A stretch of DNA of 64,000 nt from Nymphaea colorata (taxonomy: Eukaryota), in NCBI RefSeq assembly GCF_008831285.2, contig NC_045138.2:22196001-22260000 (forward strand), written 5' to 3'. The number at the start of each line of letters is the position of its first letter. Position 1 is the stretch's first letter. Under the pieces are notes generated by a model. That model saw nothing but the letters and a program-made list of their open reading frames with translations, searched no databases and was not told the DNA's origin. Shown piece after piece: positions 47,877 through 60,596 of the stretch. The position numbers and the translations under genes were made by a program.

Positions 47877-49127
47877 ATGTGCCGGCCGAAATCGAAAGAC
47901 GCCGTCAATCCTCGATGGAGGCCAAATCCATCGCTCAATCCAAGGCGCCCCTCAGACCCACCAGCCACTCCGAGGACGACGCCGGCCAGCCCTAGACCCG
48001 TCGCCTCGACCAGCAAGAGCACCGAGCTCAGCCTCAACTCCACCGCCGCGTCCACGACCAGCAGCTCCTCCAACGGCACCTTCCGGGCGGCGCTCCCGGA
48101 GAAGCCCATCCTCTATTCATTCTCGGAGCTCAGCCGAGCCACCCGCAACTTCCTCGCCCCCAGGATCGGCGACTCCTCGGCCTGGCGGTGCACCGTCCGC
48201 GACAAGCCCGTCGTCATCACCCGCCGCGAAGCCGCCAGTTCCGTCGCCAACTTCCCCTCCCTCCTCGCCGATCTCTGCAGCGTTCACCACGCCGGTGTCC
48301 TCAAGCTCGTCGGTGGGTGCTCCCACGGGGCCCACGTCTACCTGGTCCACGACTTCCAGTCCGGGTCGAACCTCGCGGACCTGCTCCGACCCGCGTTCAA
48401 CCCCAACTACAGCCCCCTCTCCACGTGGATCTCTCGGGTTCGGGTCGCGCTGGACGTCGCCAAGGCCCTGGAGTACGTCCACCACGACATCCCGACCCAC
48501 TACGTTCACAAGCACGTCAAGTCCTCCGGCATCCTCATCACGGACCCGGACCTCCGGGCGAAGATCGCTCATTTCGGCTCCACGATACTCACCGGCGAGG
48601 TGTCGCTCCGGGTCCAGTCGCCCTCCGGGTCCGAGATCGTCGAGGAGCGCGCGGTGGCCGCCGGCAGGGGGCTCCGGCGGTCGAGCTCCAAGAAGATCAG
48701 CGGGACTCAGGGGTACATGGCTCCGGAGTACGTGTCAAGCGGGACCCTGACCCGGAAGGGTGACGTGTTCGCCTTCGGTGTGGTCCTGCTGGAGATACTG
48801 ACGGGGTCGGAGCCGGTGAGGTTCACGCGGCACCGCGAGACCAAGGTCATCGAGAGGGTGAGCTTGGTGGAGGAGGCGAGGTCGGTGGCGTCCGACCGGG
48901 GAGGGCTCCGTAGGTGGGTCGACCCGAGGCTGAAGGACTCGTTTCCCGTAGATTCCGCGGAGAAGATGCTGGACGTAGCCACCGCGTGCGTAGATCCGGA
49001 CCCAGGCAAGAGGCCGGACATGAGGTGGGTTTCGGGTCAGCTGTCTCGGATCTGGATCAAATCCAAGAGGTGGGGTGAGACCATGCAGGGAACCCAGGGC
49101 TTAACCGTTTCTTTCGAAGGCCGGTAA
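47877..49127 (+). CDS. LysM-RLK-related cytoplasmic (pseudo)kinase lacking ectodomain and TM (416 aa from the Met at 47877), intronless
   Basis: GC-rich ORF starting MCRPKSK with a Ser/Pro-rich N-terminus. Then YSFSELSRAT, YVHKHVKSSGILI, AKIAHFG, GTQGYMAPEY, DVFAFGVVLLE and WVDPRLKDSFP. No VAIK lysine, HRD or DFG. Resembles the At3g57120-like family from memory. Confidence 0.88.
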   Translation: MCRPKSKDAVNPRWRPNPSLNPRRPSDPPATPRTTPASPRPVASTSKSTELSLNSTAASTTSSSSNGTFRAALPEKPILYSFSELSRATRNFLAPRIGDSSAWRCTVRDKPVVITRREAASSVANFPSLLADLCSVHHAGVLKLVGGCSHGAHVYLVHDFQSGSNLADLLRPAFNPNYSPLSTWISRVRVALDVAKALEYVHHDIPTHYVHKHVKSSGILITDPDLRAKIAHFGSTILTGEVSLRVQSPSGSEIVEERAVAAGRGLRRSSSKKISGTQGYMAPEYVSSGTLTRKGDVFAFGVVLLEILTGSEPVRFTRHRETKVIERVSLVEEARSVASDRGGLRRWVDPRLKDSFPVDSAEKMLDVATACVDPDPGKRPDMRWVSGQLSRIWIKSKRWGETMQGTQGLTVSFEGR

Positions 49128-51817
49128 GGCGGTAACCCTTTCGGGCCACGACAGGGCAGTTTTTTTTTTTTTTTTTTAAAAAAATTCGTTTCCAAATATT
49201 TTATTATACTTTTGGAGTGCAATTGACTTTTTAGGGTACAATAAAGCGCACAAAACGTTAACAAAGCTGATTATTTGTTGGTGATGTAATGTTAAGTAAT
49301 GGATGATACGAAAAGTAGGGCTTTTTTCTCCCTTTTGAATGCAAAACACAACTGTCCAAATGTACACGAGTTTGGTTTCTATTGTATTCCGTTCTCCCCG
49401 TCTCCTTCTGTGTTCCTTCTTTTTTTTTTTTTTTTTGGTTAATAAAGGTTTGGGGAGCCCATCCCCTCGCAACGTTGAATCCCAACGAACACGAGTTTGG
49501 TAATGAGATTGCTTCACGCTTGAGCATCTTTTGATTGAATGTTCTCTTTTTCTCTCTCTCACTAAATGATGAATAGGGCAACTGATTTGATTGGGTTGAG
49601 TGGCGTGTTATAGTCTTGATATTATTATTACAGAGTACAAGTAAACCGGTTCTTGTCCTCCTCTTCTCGCAAAAATTATTATTATTATTTTTTTTTTTTG
49701 AGATGTTTGGATGATACATTAAAACCAATATTTAGAACTAAAAACTGGTTTGGTCTTTAGCACCACATTTTCTTAGTGTTTGAATGTCACCAAAACCATA
49801 TTTGAATGAAACTTTACATTTGGGCTTTGCCATCAAAATCATGATTTGAGAGTGTTTGTGTACTACCAAAACTGGATTTCGAAAAAACCAATTTTGATAA
49901 AAATTGGTTTTGTAGAAAAGAGTGAAAATACCTGACCCCCTGCCCAAACACAATTTTTTTTTTATATATATAGAAAAAATGTTTTGAATGTGTTGTCTAA
50001 ACAAATAAACCAAGTTTTCAAAACTAATTATCTCACAGAACCAAATTTTTATAAAATTATGAAATTGAGTTAGATAAGAGTCTCATCCCCATTTGATTTT
50101 TCTAACATCTTCACCTAGAGATGATTCCCTTTGAAAAAATTGGCCGATCTGGAAAAATTGGCCAATAGTTTGACACAAGGCCGAACTGGAATTTTTTGTT
50201 TGGTATTCAACTTGAGCAGCAGGGCAGTAAACGGTTTGGTTTCGGGTCCCATTCTTTAATTGAATTTGACTTCATCAATCTCTCCAGTTATATTCCGACT
50301 TGAATTCCAACTCTATTTCTTCAAACATAACTGCGCTCCCACATTTATATTTACAGCTGTTGGTTTGGATCCTTATAGTTTGATATCATCGTCAAATTGA
50401 TTTATGATATTAAATTGGAATTCGATTTCTAATGAGATTCAAATTCCTTTGCCAGATGAGACTAAAATAATTCACGATCGAATCAACGACGATATATATA
50501 TATATATATATATATATAAATTTGCATATCTCAAACTATTTAAGACAAAAAGTAAACCTCTTAATTTCTTATTAAAAAAATATGTTAAACGGTATATTAA
50601 TATTGTAAAGTGTTTGTAATTACTAATTAAACATAAAATAGTTCAAGTTGTTTTGAAGGAAATCATTGATTTTTATGCTATTAACAGTTTGAAATCATAA
50701 GAACCGTTCATTTTTTATTCTTATAGGAATATGTTAAACTCAAAAGACTAATTTAGCATGTGAATCTCAATAGATCATTACAAATATCTTATTAATACAG
50801 TTACATGATACAAAAAGTACCTCAATAATGATTTTTGTAACGACCCACCCCACACCCACATCAAACTTGGGCCCTCAGCCTGCAACTCACTCTCTAGCAA
50901 CTTCAGTTTCAACGAAAAAAAAAAGATAGAATTGAGTATATACTAGTCACTTAATGACCCTCTCTTATAAACCATTGAAGATATCACAAAATCTTCAATA
51001 CAAATGTAAACTTTTCAAAGTGAGTGTTATAAGTTTTGTAACTGACATAATGGTATGTGATCTACCACACATATATATATATATATACCCGAATCTCTAA
51101 CTGTTGCAATGAAAACAATTCAAATAACTCCAAGAAGAGAGTGCAAATTATGAATATCAGGGCATGTTTAGCTACGTGCAGGGGTGGAGGCACATCATTG
51201 GGCCCGGGCTCGGCCTGGGACCCCGGCCCAACGCCCAAGCTTCAAGGAGGGTGCATCTTTTTTTTTTTTTAATTTACATATAAATTTTAGAAAATTTTAC
51301 TTGTCCTGTATAAAAATTTTGAAAAATGATATTTTTGGCTTGTGTTAAAATTTAGAAACTTTAATTCGACTGTGTCGATTCTGATCAAATGAGAACAACC
51401 GGTGGCCCCCAAAGGGCTGCTTCTGGTCTGCCCACTAAATCGTGTGGGACATGTCTGCATGGGCTTCTATGTTTAATTTCCACGCACTTTCTACACATCA
51501 ATCAACTGGTGTTTGTTGGTCAATGATAGATAAATGGGTCAAGTGAGAGGAAATTCACAGGGAAGATGATTTCTTTGACACGGAACAGAAAAAGAGAGGC
51601 TTCCCGCGTTTGATTCCCATGCACTTTTTTTATTCTTTTCGGTAACACAAGTCAAGTGGGTCTGGTTGGATGTACCACTTACTTCAGCAGTACTCCACAG
51701 TGCTTCAAGTGGAAAGTTTGTTTGTCTTTTTTTTTTTTTTTATAACTCGTCGCATCACCTTCAAGGCAACTTTACCAGTTTGTTCGCTTGGAAATTTTCT
51801 TATGTTTTCTGATTTTC

Positions 51818-52481
51818 CAGTGTTATTCATATAGTGCGATAGATACAACTCATTTAGATGAAAAAAACCTAGACGATACGAGCTTGATATGCAATACATC
51901 GCGTATCATTGGGTGCATAGTACGATATTATGTTAAAATTTGAAAAAGGACTCCAAGGCCCCTTTTTGCATCTCTTGTAAACTGAGACCCTCTCTTCCTC
52001 TCTCTAAACTTTTCTAAAGGCTATGACAGGGAGAGATTTTGTTGATTTCTCCAAAAAATTGCTGTTTTGAGAAAAAAAAACCATCAATTTGATGAACATG
52101 CGATGTCGTTTACTAAACTCTATAGCACTCTAAAGTCTAAAGTCTAAACTTGTATATGGTAGATGCTTTTTAAACTTGTGATGGATCATGGATGTTTTAA
52201 TATGTTATTTTGAATCTCTTGAGTCTTAATTTTCATTTTTTCTGAATTTGCTGCTGATAATGCCTATGGTTTATAAATGATGGATGATTATCATTAATGT
52301 TTGCAACGAGTATTTTTTATATGAAATCCATTGTTCTTGATTTTTTGTTTTTTTTTCTTATTTTTTAATATTTTTAGAGTTCTTTTTATTAAAAAAATCA
52401 ATTTTGCGACACGTTACAATACATCATGTAGGTCGGCTCCACCGATACACCATACCATACCATACACTAGTTGCAACATTG
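51818..52481. mobile_element. Non-autonomous hAT-like element (CAGTGTT...AACATTG termini)
   Basis: Imperfect TIRs, CGATAC-type subterminal motifs at both ends, and internal homology to the 3' part of the hAT remnant (29150-29210). No intact 8-bp TSD. Confidence 0.6.
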
Positions 52482-52748
52482 GCATGAGCTTTATTCTTTC
52501 TTACTACCCCTCAAATTGTTAGTGCCTACCCTTACTGTTAAATTAAGAAGTAGAGTACTTCTAATTAGTTACCATCACAAATTCGTGAGGTTTCTACCCG
52601 CAACCATTCCATGCCGGCAGTATTCGCATGAAACCAACCTTTCTTCTACATTGTATTTTTTGGTTACACGACATTCATTCCACAAAGTAGCTGGAAATAA
52701 ACACCTATTTATTCCAAGAGGAAGGGCAGGAGGGGCCGTTGTCTCCCA

Positions 52749-53530
52749 ATGGCGGGTAACAGCATCGTCACTCTTGATGAAGAAGGCAAAGATGCCGTTG
52801 GTAACACTGGCAAGAGAGTGTGCGTCACCGGTGCATCAGGGTATGTTGCTTCCTGGCTTGTGAAACGCCTGCTTCACTCTGGCTACACCGTCGTTGGAAC
52901 AGTGAGGGATCCAGGTACTGTAACTCCTATTTTGTCTACACACACGCTTACAAGCACTAAGAAGAAAAAGTGGATTCAGCGACGGCGGAAAAAGCTGCTG
53001 TTGGAGAAAGCTCATTTTATCGGCATCCAGAAGGGGATGTTGCCGAAGATTGACTTTCACCGACATCCATACTTTGTCGTCGATGAATAGAAAACTTTAG
53101 CTCTCACAAGTATGTACACAAACTAATACATCTCCACACACACACACATAAATATATATAATTTATGAATTTTTCCATCCGAGTTTAGATGGGCAAATGA
53201 TGCATTTTAACACAAAGATGGCTGATCAAGGAGTAAACTCTACATGGGATGGCCATAAAACTGGCGGTATGTTGTGAGAGGCTGGAAGATTTCTCTGTAA
53301 AATTGAATGGTGACTTAGCATTTTAGAGTCATCTAATACGCACTACCTGATCAAATATAATGAACGGTTAAAAAAAAATAAAAAAAATGTGATGATCATT
53401 TTCGTCAACTAATATTAATTTACACATTTTTTGTTATTTGTTTTTATCTCAACCATCTTTCTGCTGCTTTGAATAGACTGTCTTGGTTAGATGACTAGTG
53501 ATTCCAAATAGCCAGAGTCATTGCAACATA

Positions 53531-53573
<43 letters not shown>

Positions 53574-54268
53574 TCATGAAAGGAAATATGGCGTAAAGTT
53601 TAAGTTGGTGGAAGCGTGTGGCAGGTGGGAACACATCCATGGGCTTGATCTGTTCCTCCATTTTGTAAGTGGCTAGATTTAAAAAGGTATGCACATCTAC
53701 TGGGTTCCTTGGACGTTTGTTCATATTCTCCCACGAACATACTTAAATATATTACTTTTATGCCGAGCAGTGCGTCAAGTTGGCACTTCTTTGATTAACT
53801 TTAGCTTGCAATTTCCTCTTTGAAAATGACAGGAACCTAAAAGCGATGGAACAAAAGTGCCTATAGTTATCGTCACCATTGTTTTTCTAGGTCTTATTCA
53901 GGTTTGGGTGTTTCGGGGATGGATTCATATTCTTAATTTTGAAATTAAAATTCATTTGTCTTATTCACAACATACTTAAAAGTACATTAAAATTCATTTG
54001 AAGACGATATATATGCAAAGGGCAGCATTCATATGCTTAATTTTGACCGTGTAGGATAAATGCATACATAATGTTCAAGTAAGGCAGGTCAGTTATCCAT
54101 AGTGTGACTGCTCCCCAAGAGCAGGTGGACCCATGACTAAGTAGTTAGACCTAAAATGGTTTCACATTGAACAATATTTTTTAGTCAATGATTGGGGTCG
54201 GTCAGTTCGTATGTATTTAATAGACAAAAAGTTGTTTCGTCTGAAAAGTCCAAATGTAGACCGTAGGT

Positions 54269-54318
<50 letters not shown>

Positions 54319-56296
54319 AGCAATCGCTGTACACATGAAGTATCCGAATTTGATTAGAGGTGGTTCGGCAACAGTAGCAATATATGCTACCATTTCATCA
54401 ACCTACCTAAAAAATAAAACAAATTCATAAAACACTTGTAGCCTTCTAAGAATCTGCCACATTTATTTTGGGGCATGAAGGCATCAAATCCGCCCTCGGT
54501 TCAAAAAGAAAAAATCATGCCAAATGGAAGAACTTTCTCAAAACGGTGAGTAGCCTGGTCAAAGGTTTCAAAACAGAAATAGCCTGTTTTGAGTAATTTC
54601 AAAACTAGGTTGCTTAAAGAACCCAGTTTCTACAAAACCCATTTTTAATAAAGGGTCAGAAAACTTTGTAAAAATTGAGATATAAAATCAATGTCACGTG
54701 CTCTTTACTTCTGGAACACTGATTTGTCATTTGCCCAAATGTTAAGAATTTTTTTTTTTTTAAGTAATAAAAATTTTCATATAGGGCTTTAGAAGGTAGC
54801 TTAGCTAATTGAATTTAGTTATCATTGTATTGTATGCTTATCAATATACCCAACTAAAGACTCAGGTTTCAGTTGTGGAGTAGTTACTTTCACCTTCTAG
54901 TGCGTTTTATTTTGAAACCTTAGAAAGTCCCGAAACATGTCCTTTGAAAATCTACAAAGTGTGCATATAGAGACGGCACTGGCATCTTTTAAGAGCAGTA
55001 GAGCGGTAGAATGAATCACTCATCCTTAAAATTTAAAAAAAATTGTCCTTTAACATAGAAGAATACAATGGATTATAATAGTGAGGACTGGTTTATGTCA
55101 GGAAACAAAAATAAAACAGAGCATCTATGGAGGCTGGAAGGGGCAAAGGAAAGGCTTAAATTGGTGGGGGCCAACCTCATGGAGGAGGGCAGCTTCGACG
55201 AAGCGATCGTGGGATGTGAGGCCGTCTTCCACACTGCATCACCTGTTCTTGCAGCCAAAGTCATCGACCCAAAGGCCAGCTTGTCCCTCCCGCTCACTCT
55301 CTCTCTGAACATGAATAGCCATTAATGGAGGCAGATCCTTACCTCCATTGCCTGTGTCTCATGTGTCTCATGGAGATGTGTTGTGTTGAGAGTTGCAGGC
55401 AGAGATATTGGAGCCAGCAGTGCAGGGAACACTGAACGTACTGAGGTCCTGCAACAGAAACCCCGCCCTCAAACGCGTGGTCTTGACGTCGTCCACCGCA
55501 GCCGTGAGGGCTAGGGACGACTTCGACCCCAGTACTCCGCTCGACGAGTCGTCGTGGAGCTCCACCCAGTTGTGTGAGCGCCTCCAGGTATATAATACAA
55601 CGTCTCCTTCTATATATACAAGGCCCAAGTCTTTTCTTTGTAAGTAGGAGCGGAGCGGAGGTAGGCGTGGGCACGGTGTGGGCAATTGCCCACACAGGTT
55701 TATTAAAACCTTTTTTATTTTTATGTTTGATATTTCAAGATTTTATTTTTTTCCATTTACATATAGTACCTTTCAAAAATTTTAAAATTATAACCAGTGG
55801 CATTGCCGCTGTTAGGTTACATTGTTGGACAGAGTGAACGCCTTCCTTCTTCATGATTAGGTCTAGAAATGTTCCAACGAGTGAACCGAGCCCCAGCTGA
55901 GGTAACCAGAACTCAGCTCGACTTACATGTTGCTCTGCTTGAGTTAGACTCAAGCTTTTGAGGCAAGCTCGAGCCAGCTCGAGCTTGTGCCGAGCTTTGT
56001 TTAACTTCATCAATGAATAATGATCATAATCTTCTTTAGGCTATTGGGAAAAAAAATTGCAGGTGCAATATTATTCCCTTGTTCTTCTCTAAAACATAAA
56101 TTGTTCCACTAGAAAATAGTGTGTGAAGAGTACCAACCTAAATTTCAATGTTTAATTACATCAAAAATCAATTATATACTGATTCATACAACTTAGCGTT
56201 GAAACGAAAATAGTACTTGGTTTTGCGACTGCAGTTGCAGGCTTGCAGCCCGATAGAGGAAGCGGGAAGAAAAAGAAGAAGACAAAACAGAAGTAG

Positions 56297-56344
<48 letters not shown>

Positions 56345-58956
56345 GAGAAATGGCAAATGAAAAGAGGAGAGTAATAAGACATAGAAGGAGAAATAAAAAA
56401 CAAACGAGCCAGTCAATCTCGTGTCCTTGAACTCGACTTGTTTGTAACTCGAGTTTGAACTCGAGCTCGAACTCCGCTCATTCATTAAATGAGTCGAGCT
56501 CTAGCGGAGCTTATACGAGCGAGTTCGAGTTGAGCCCGACCTAGCTCGACTTGTTGTACATTCCTAATTAGGTGTGGACGAGGACGAGTATGCGGAAGAG
56601 TTGTTTAAGGCAGGCTCTTAAAACGGTCCAAATCGAGCAAGTGGTTGGATCACAATTCACATATTAATTCTGTAATGTACTTTTCTTAGAACAGACCTGG
56701 ATTTGGTTGCAGCTGACCCAACTAGTAGATCGTATTCGGATATTAAGTCTGAATTAATCCATGTCCACTTGAGCAATGTGGGCAGTCGGAGTTCATGTCC
56801 ATTCAAGCATGTGGGTACTTTAGATTCGGGTTGGATCTAGCATCTATCGTATTCAATTTAATCAGATCCTATATATCAAATTCAAACCACGATCCTACTT
56901 TTTAAAACCAAATTCAGATCCCACTCGGTTGAGATCTGAGGTTTGGGTATAATCAGGTCAGACTTTTGTTTGATCAAAGTCGGATCATGGACAGAGATTC
57001 CTAATGATTTGAAATCAAATTGAACATCAATACAACAGATCCATTTACGTGATACATATTTTCCTGGTGCCACATATTTGTGATGCCAATATGGCTCCGT
57101 CTGAAGAAACCACTGCAGTTTTAGTGATGGGCCGAAAGTAAGCCGTCAGTAAGAGTCCAATTCCACCGATGAAATGAAGACGGTGAAACCAAAAAGAACG
57201 ATTTTAGCAGCGGTAACAAAAATTCGCAGAACAACTAGATGTTCTCTGACGTCCCTTAGTTGGATGGTGATCAAAATTAGCTTTTTACTGACGGACTTTT
57301 CCACCGTCAGTAATGATTTGATTAACTCTAACTGCAATTGACCACAAACAGATTTGGTACGCCTTGTCCAAGACCTTGGCGGAGAGGGCTGCATGGGACT
57401 ACGCTGAGAAGAACAAGATCGACTTGATCACCGTCCTTCCCGCCTTTGTGATCGGCCCCACCTTGCCTCGCCACCTCTGCTCCACCGCTTCCGATGTTTT
57501 GGCTTTCCTTACAGGTAAGTTCCAGTTGATGTGCACCAGTCCTTGGTACAGGTTTATTCGAATCTGAATACGTGAATATCCAATAAAGTAGATATAATGG
57601 AGAGAATACAAGCAGTCCAATTAACTTACCTAGGTCTCTCTCATTTCTATTTGTAAGGGGCTGAATTAAAATTTCTGAAAATGTTCACGAGTAAAATTTA
57701 AATTTCCAAAAGTTGGGAGGGCGCAGGCCGCCCTGATGCAGAAGGTAAGATTTGTTTGCTCTGTCCAAAGACGACTAGTGTTCAAATGGCAATCAACTCA
57801 AACAGGTGGTGGCGAGAAGATGTGGAGGCACGGACGGATGGGTTACGTGCACATCGATGATGTAGCGCGTTGCCATATTTTGGTGCTTGAAGATGCAGAG
57901 GCGCGAGGAAGATACCTGTGCTGCTCAACCGTCCTGGAAACTGAGGAGTTCGCCTCCATTTTCGCTGCAAGATTCCCGAGCCTACCTATTCCCACCAAGT
58001 AAGTTCACTGCTCCTCTTAAAAAAACTTAATTAAAAACAATGTTTGTTGGCTAGGCCGTTCACATCTAAGGGATTGGAGGTTTGAATCCCATGGCGGCTG
58101 TCACATTATGGAGCATCATTCTTCTGAGTTATAAACAGTTTACTCATTTTTCTTTCTTTTTTTCAATTATTCATCTACTTCATATCAATGACCTTGGTTG
58201 GATCATAATGTATGACCTCTCTACTTATATATATATATATATATATATATGTGGTAGGAATGAGTCTCATAATCACAAGTGCATGCTCTTTCAATGGCAG
58301 AAATACATGAAGGCAGCCTTATCAATAGTTCTATTGAAAAAATGAAAAAGTAACATTGTGATGATTTAAAATCCGTATAAAGCACCCACTGCCCTTAGCT
58401 AAAATATCCTGGCTTCCCTATTGTGTTCTTTTTATCGGAACTAAAAAATGCATGATCTCGACAAACCAAACAACTCTTCCTATGTTTCTTCTCTATCACA
58501 ATATCCACCCGTATTGTTTTCCTGCTGTGATATCTATGCTACTATACATTAAGCCCGTTTGAATTTTTACTATTGAAACCCTAAAAATTACTTCTCGATT
58601 TCCTGTTTCTAACAAAGATATGCAAATGTTCAAAGATTTCAATTCATTTAGTAGAGTCATTAATTTCTGGGTTGCCAAAGTGCAAAATTGGCTACACAAA
58701 AGGTGATCATAACCCCTCATTCTTTGGAACACAATGGTTTAGTCCACCCAGGCCTCGAAGCAAGCAATAACCTTGGAGGCACAAGTAGAGATGTCAGTGT
58801 ATTCGATTTAGATCGGATATCTGACTAAACCATTCCAAGCAAGTGGATATCGAAAAAAAATTAATATCTAATTAAAACATTGGATCAAATTCAAATTTAA
58901 GAAATGACATCCGATCCAATTCCAGTTGGATTTAGTCACTTGTTTGAAAGGGCACT

Positions 58957-59003
<47 letters not shown>

Positions 59004-59405
59004 TGAGTAAATATTTAGCGATGCCAATGTAAAAATAAAATTTTTTTAAGGGGCTAATATGACTCCACATATAGACAGTACTAAAAGAGTAAATGGTGCT
59101 CACAGCAACTTGCATGTCGCTCCACCACTGCCGCTAACCAAGACGTATGCAATTCGATGACTTTCATCATCTCTTTTTTTCATGTAATCGAAATATATAT
59201 TTCGCCTGTCTCTAGTTAATACATGTTTTTCAGTAGACCGACGGTTGTCCTTCAAATTCTATTATCTACCTACACACACACACATTACCAATTCTACTTG
59301 CTTCAAATTCTTTTATCTGCCTACACACACACACACACATTACCAATTCTACTTGCTTCAAATTCTATTATCTGCCTACACACACACACACACACATATA
59401 GATAA

Positions 59406-59488
<83 letters not shown>

Positions 59489-59724
59489 AGATTATCTGTT
59501 CATACAGTTTTCATGAAGATCTAGGCGTAACATGCCTATGATTACTTTCCATTAATTTGTTGGTGCACATCAGGTTTGAAAACATGCAGAAGGGCGGCCT
59601 CTACTATGACTATGATATGTCAAAGCTAAGGAGCCTGGGCTTCAATTTTAAGGGGATGGAGGAGATGTTTGACGACTGCGTTCAGTCCCTCCGACAGCAT
59701 GGCTACCTTGCCGATGCAATATGA
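52749..59724 (+). CDS. TKPR1: Tetraketide alpha-pyrone reductase 1-like (DFR-like NAD(P)H reductase), 344 aa; exons 52749-52914, 55102-55274, 55399-55587, 57352-57514, 57806-57998, 59574-59724
   Basis: [19 protein letters not shown]ossmann motif, [22 protein letters not shown], catalytic [15 protein letters not shown] and [13 protein letters not shown] (TKPR1-like). Spliced exons total 1035 nt in frame and end TGA at 59722-59724. Intron 2 is GC-AG. Confidence 0.9.
55864..56566. mobile_element. hAT-type MITE in TKPR1 intron 3 with GAGCTCGAG-rich ends
   Basis: Left end TAGAAATGTTCCAACGAGT matches the reverse complement of GACTTGTTGTACATTCCTA. 8-bp TSD ATTAGGTC / ATTAGGTG (7/8). Related fragments at ~6085-6200 and ~39910-40040. 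Confidence 0.75.
59249..59400. repeat. Three-copy ~52-56-bp tandem repeat containing (CA)n, followed by (CT)n(AT)n
   Basis: CTTCAAATTCTWTTATCTRCCTACACAC...ATTACCAATTCTACTTG repeated. Confidence 0.85.
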
Positions 59725-60089
59725 GATAGAGAAGTTCCCATTTACTCAAGGTCCAAACTATAGTACTCTTCAATGCGACAAGACTGCCTTATAATCATCT
59801 AATTAGTGGACATCTTGGTTGGTACACGGATCCGCTATGTAGATCCATTATATACTAAACTGTAATACCCAAATAAGTAGTAATTCAAATTAAAACTTCG
59901 GAATATAACTAAATGGACCCTTACATGGATTTACGGACCCCTTCATAGGGGCTTAACAAACTTGGCTAGACCATACCCGCTCCGTATCCAGGTCTAAGGC
60001 TCATGGGCATGAGTATGAAACGCCTTACCAAAGTGGGGTGGGTCTTAACGTGCAAATTGAAGCAATGTGAAGATCTTATAGCTTGGTAC

Positions 60090-60596
60090 TAAGGGCGAAT
60101 AACGAGTCGAGCTACTCGAGCTCGATTCTTTAAAGCTCAGCTCGCGAACGAGTTCGAACTGAGTCATTTGCTTCACAAGTCGAGCTCGAGTTCATGAATC
60201 GACTCGTTCAAATAATCAACTCGAGTTCGATATCAACACGTAACTGCCGAGTCAAGCTCGAGCATTAATCGAGTCGAGCTCGAGCTCAACACATAACGAT
60301 AAATATCAATTCTTCAGACGACTTTGTCAAGCTTTAATCGAGTCGAGCTCGAGCTCAACAAGTAACGATAAATATCAATTCTTCAAATAAGTTTGTCGAG
60401 CCTTAATCAAGTCAAGCTTGAGCTCAACATGTAACAATGAATATCAATTCTATTCAAATGAGTTTGTCGAGCCTTAATCGAGTTGAGCTCGATCCCAACA
60501 CGTAACTGCCGAGTTGAGCTCGAGCTGCTTCCGTCGGGCTATTCTTGAGCTTGAGCTGATTGAACTAGGGCTCAACTCGGCTCGTGTTGGCCCCTA
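60090..60596. mobile_element. hAT-type MITE with perfect 8-bp TSD CTTGGTAC and internal ~69-bp tandem repeats
   Basis: Termini TAAGGGCGAA / TTGGCCCCTA. CTTGGTAC at 60082-60089 and 60597-60604. Internal units starting TTAATC at 60265, 60334, 60403 and 60474. Confidence 0.88.

Noticed and set aside
47746..48763. 334-aa and 191-aa alternative-frame ORFs over the cytoplasmic kinase, and its 41-aa upstream extension from 47754
   Set aside because: Expected shadow ORFs of very GC-rich coding DNA. The extension starts at a non-ATG codon.
60265..60510. Regularly spaced ~69-bp repeats resembling a CRISPR array
   Set aside because: Whole units are repeated with no unique spacers, they lie inside a TSD-flanked MITE, and the context is eukaryotic with no cas genes.
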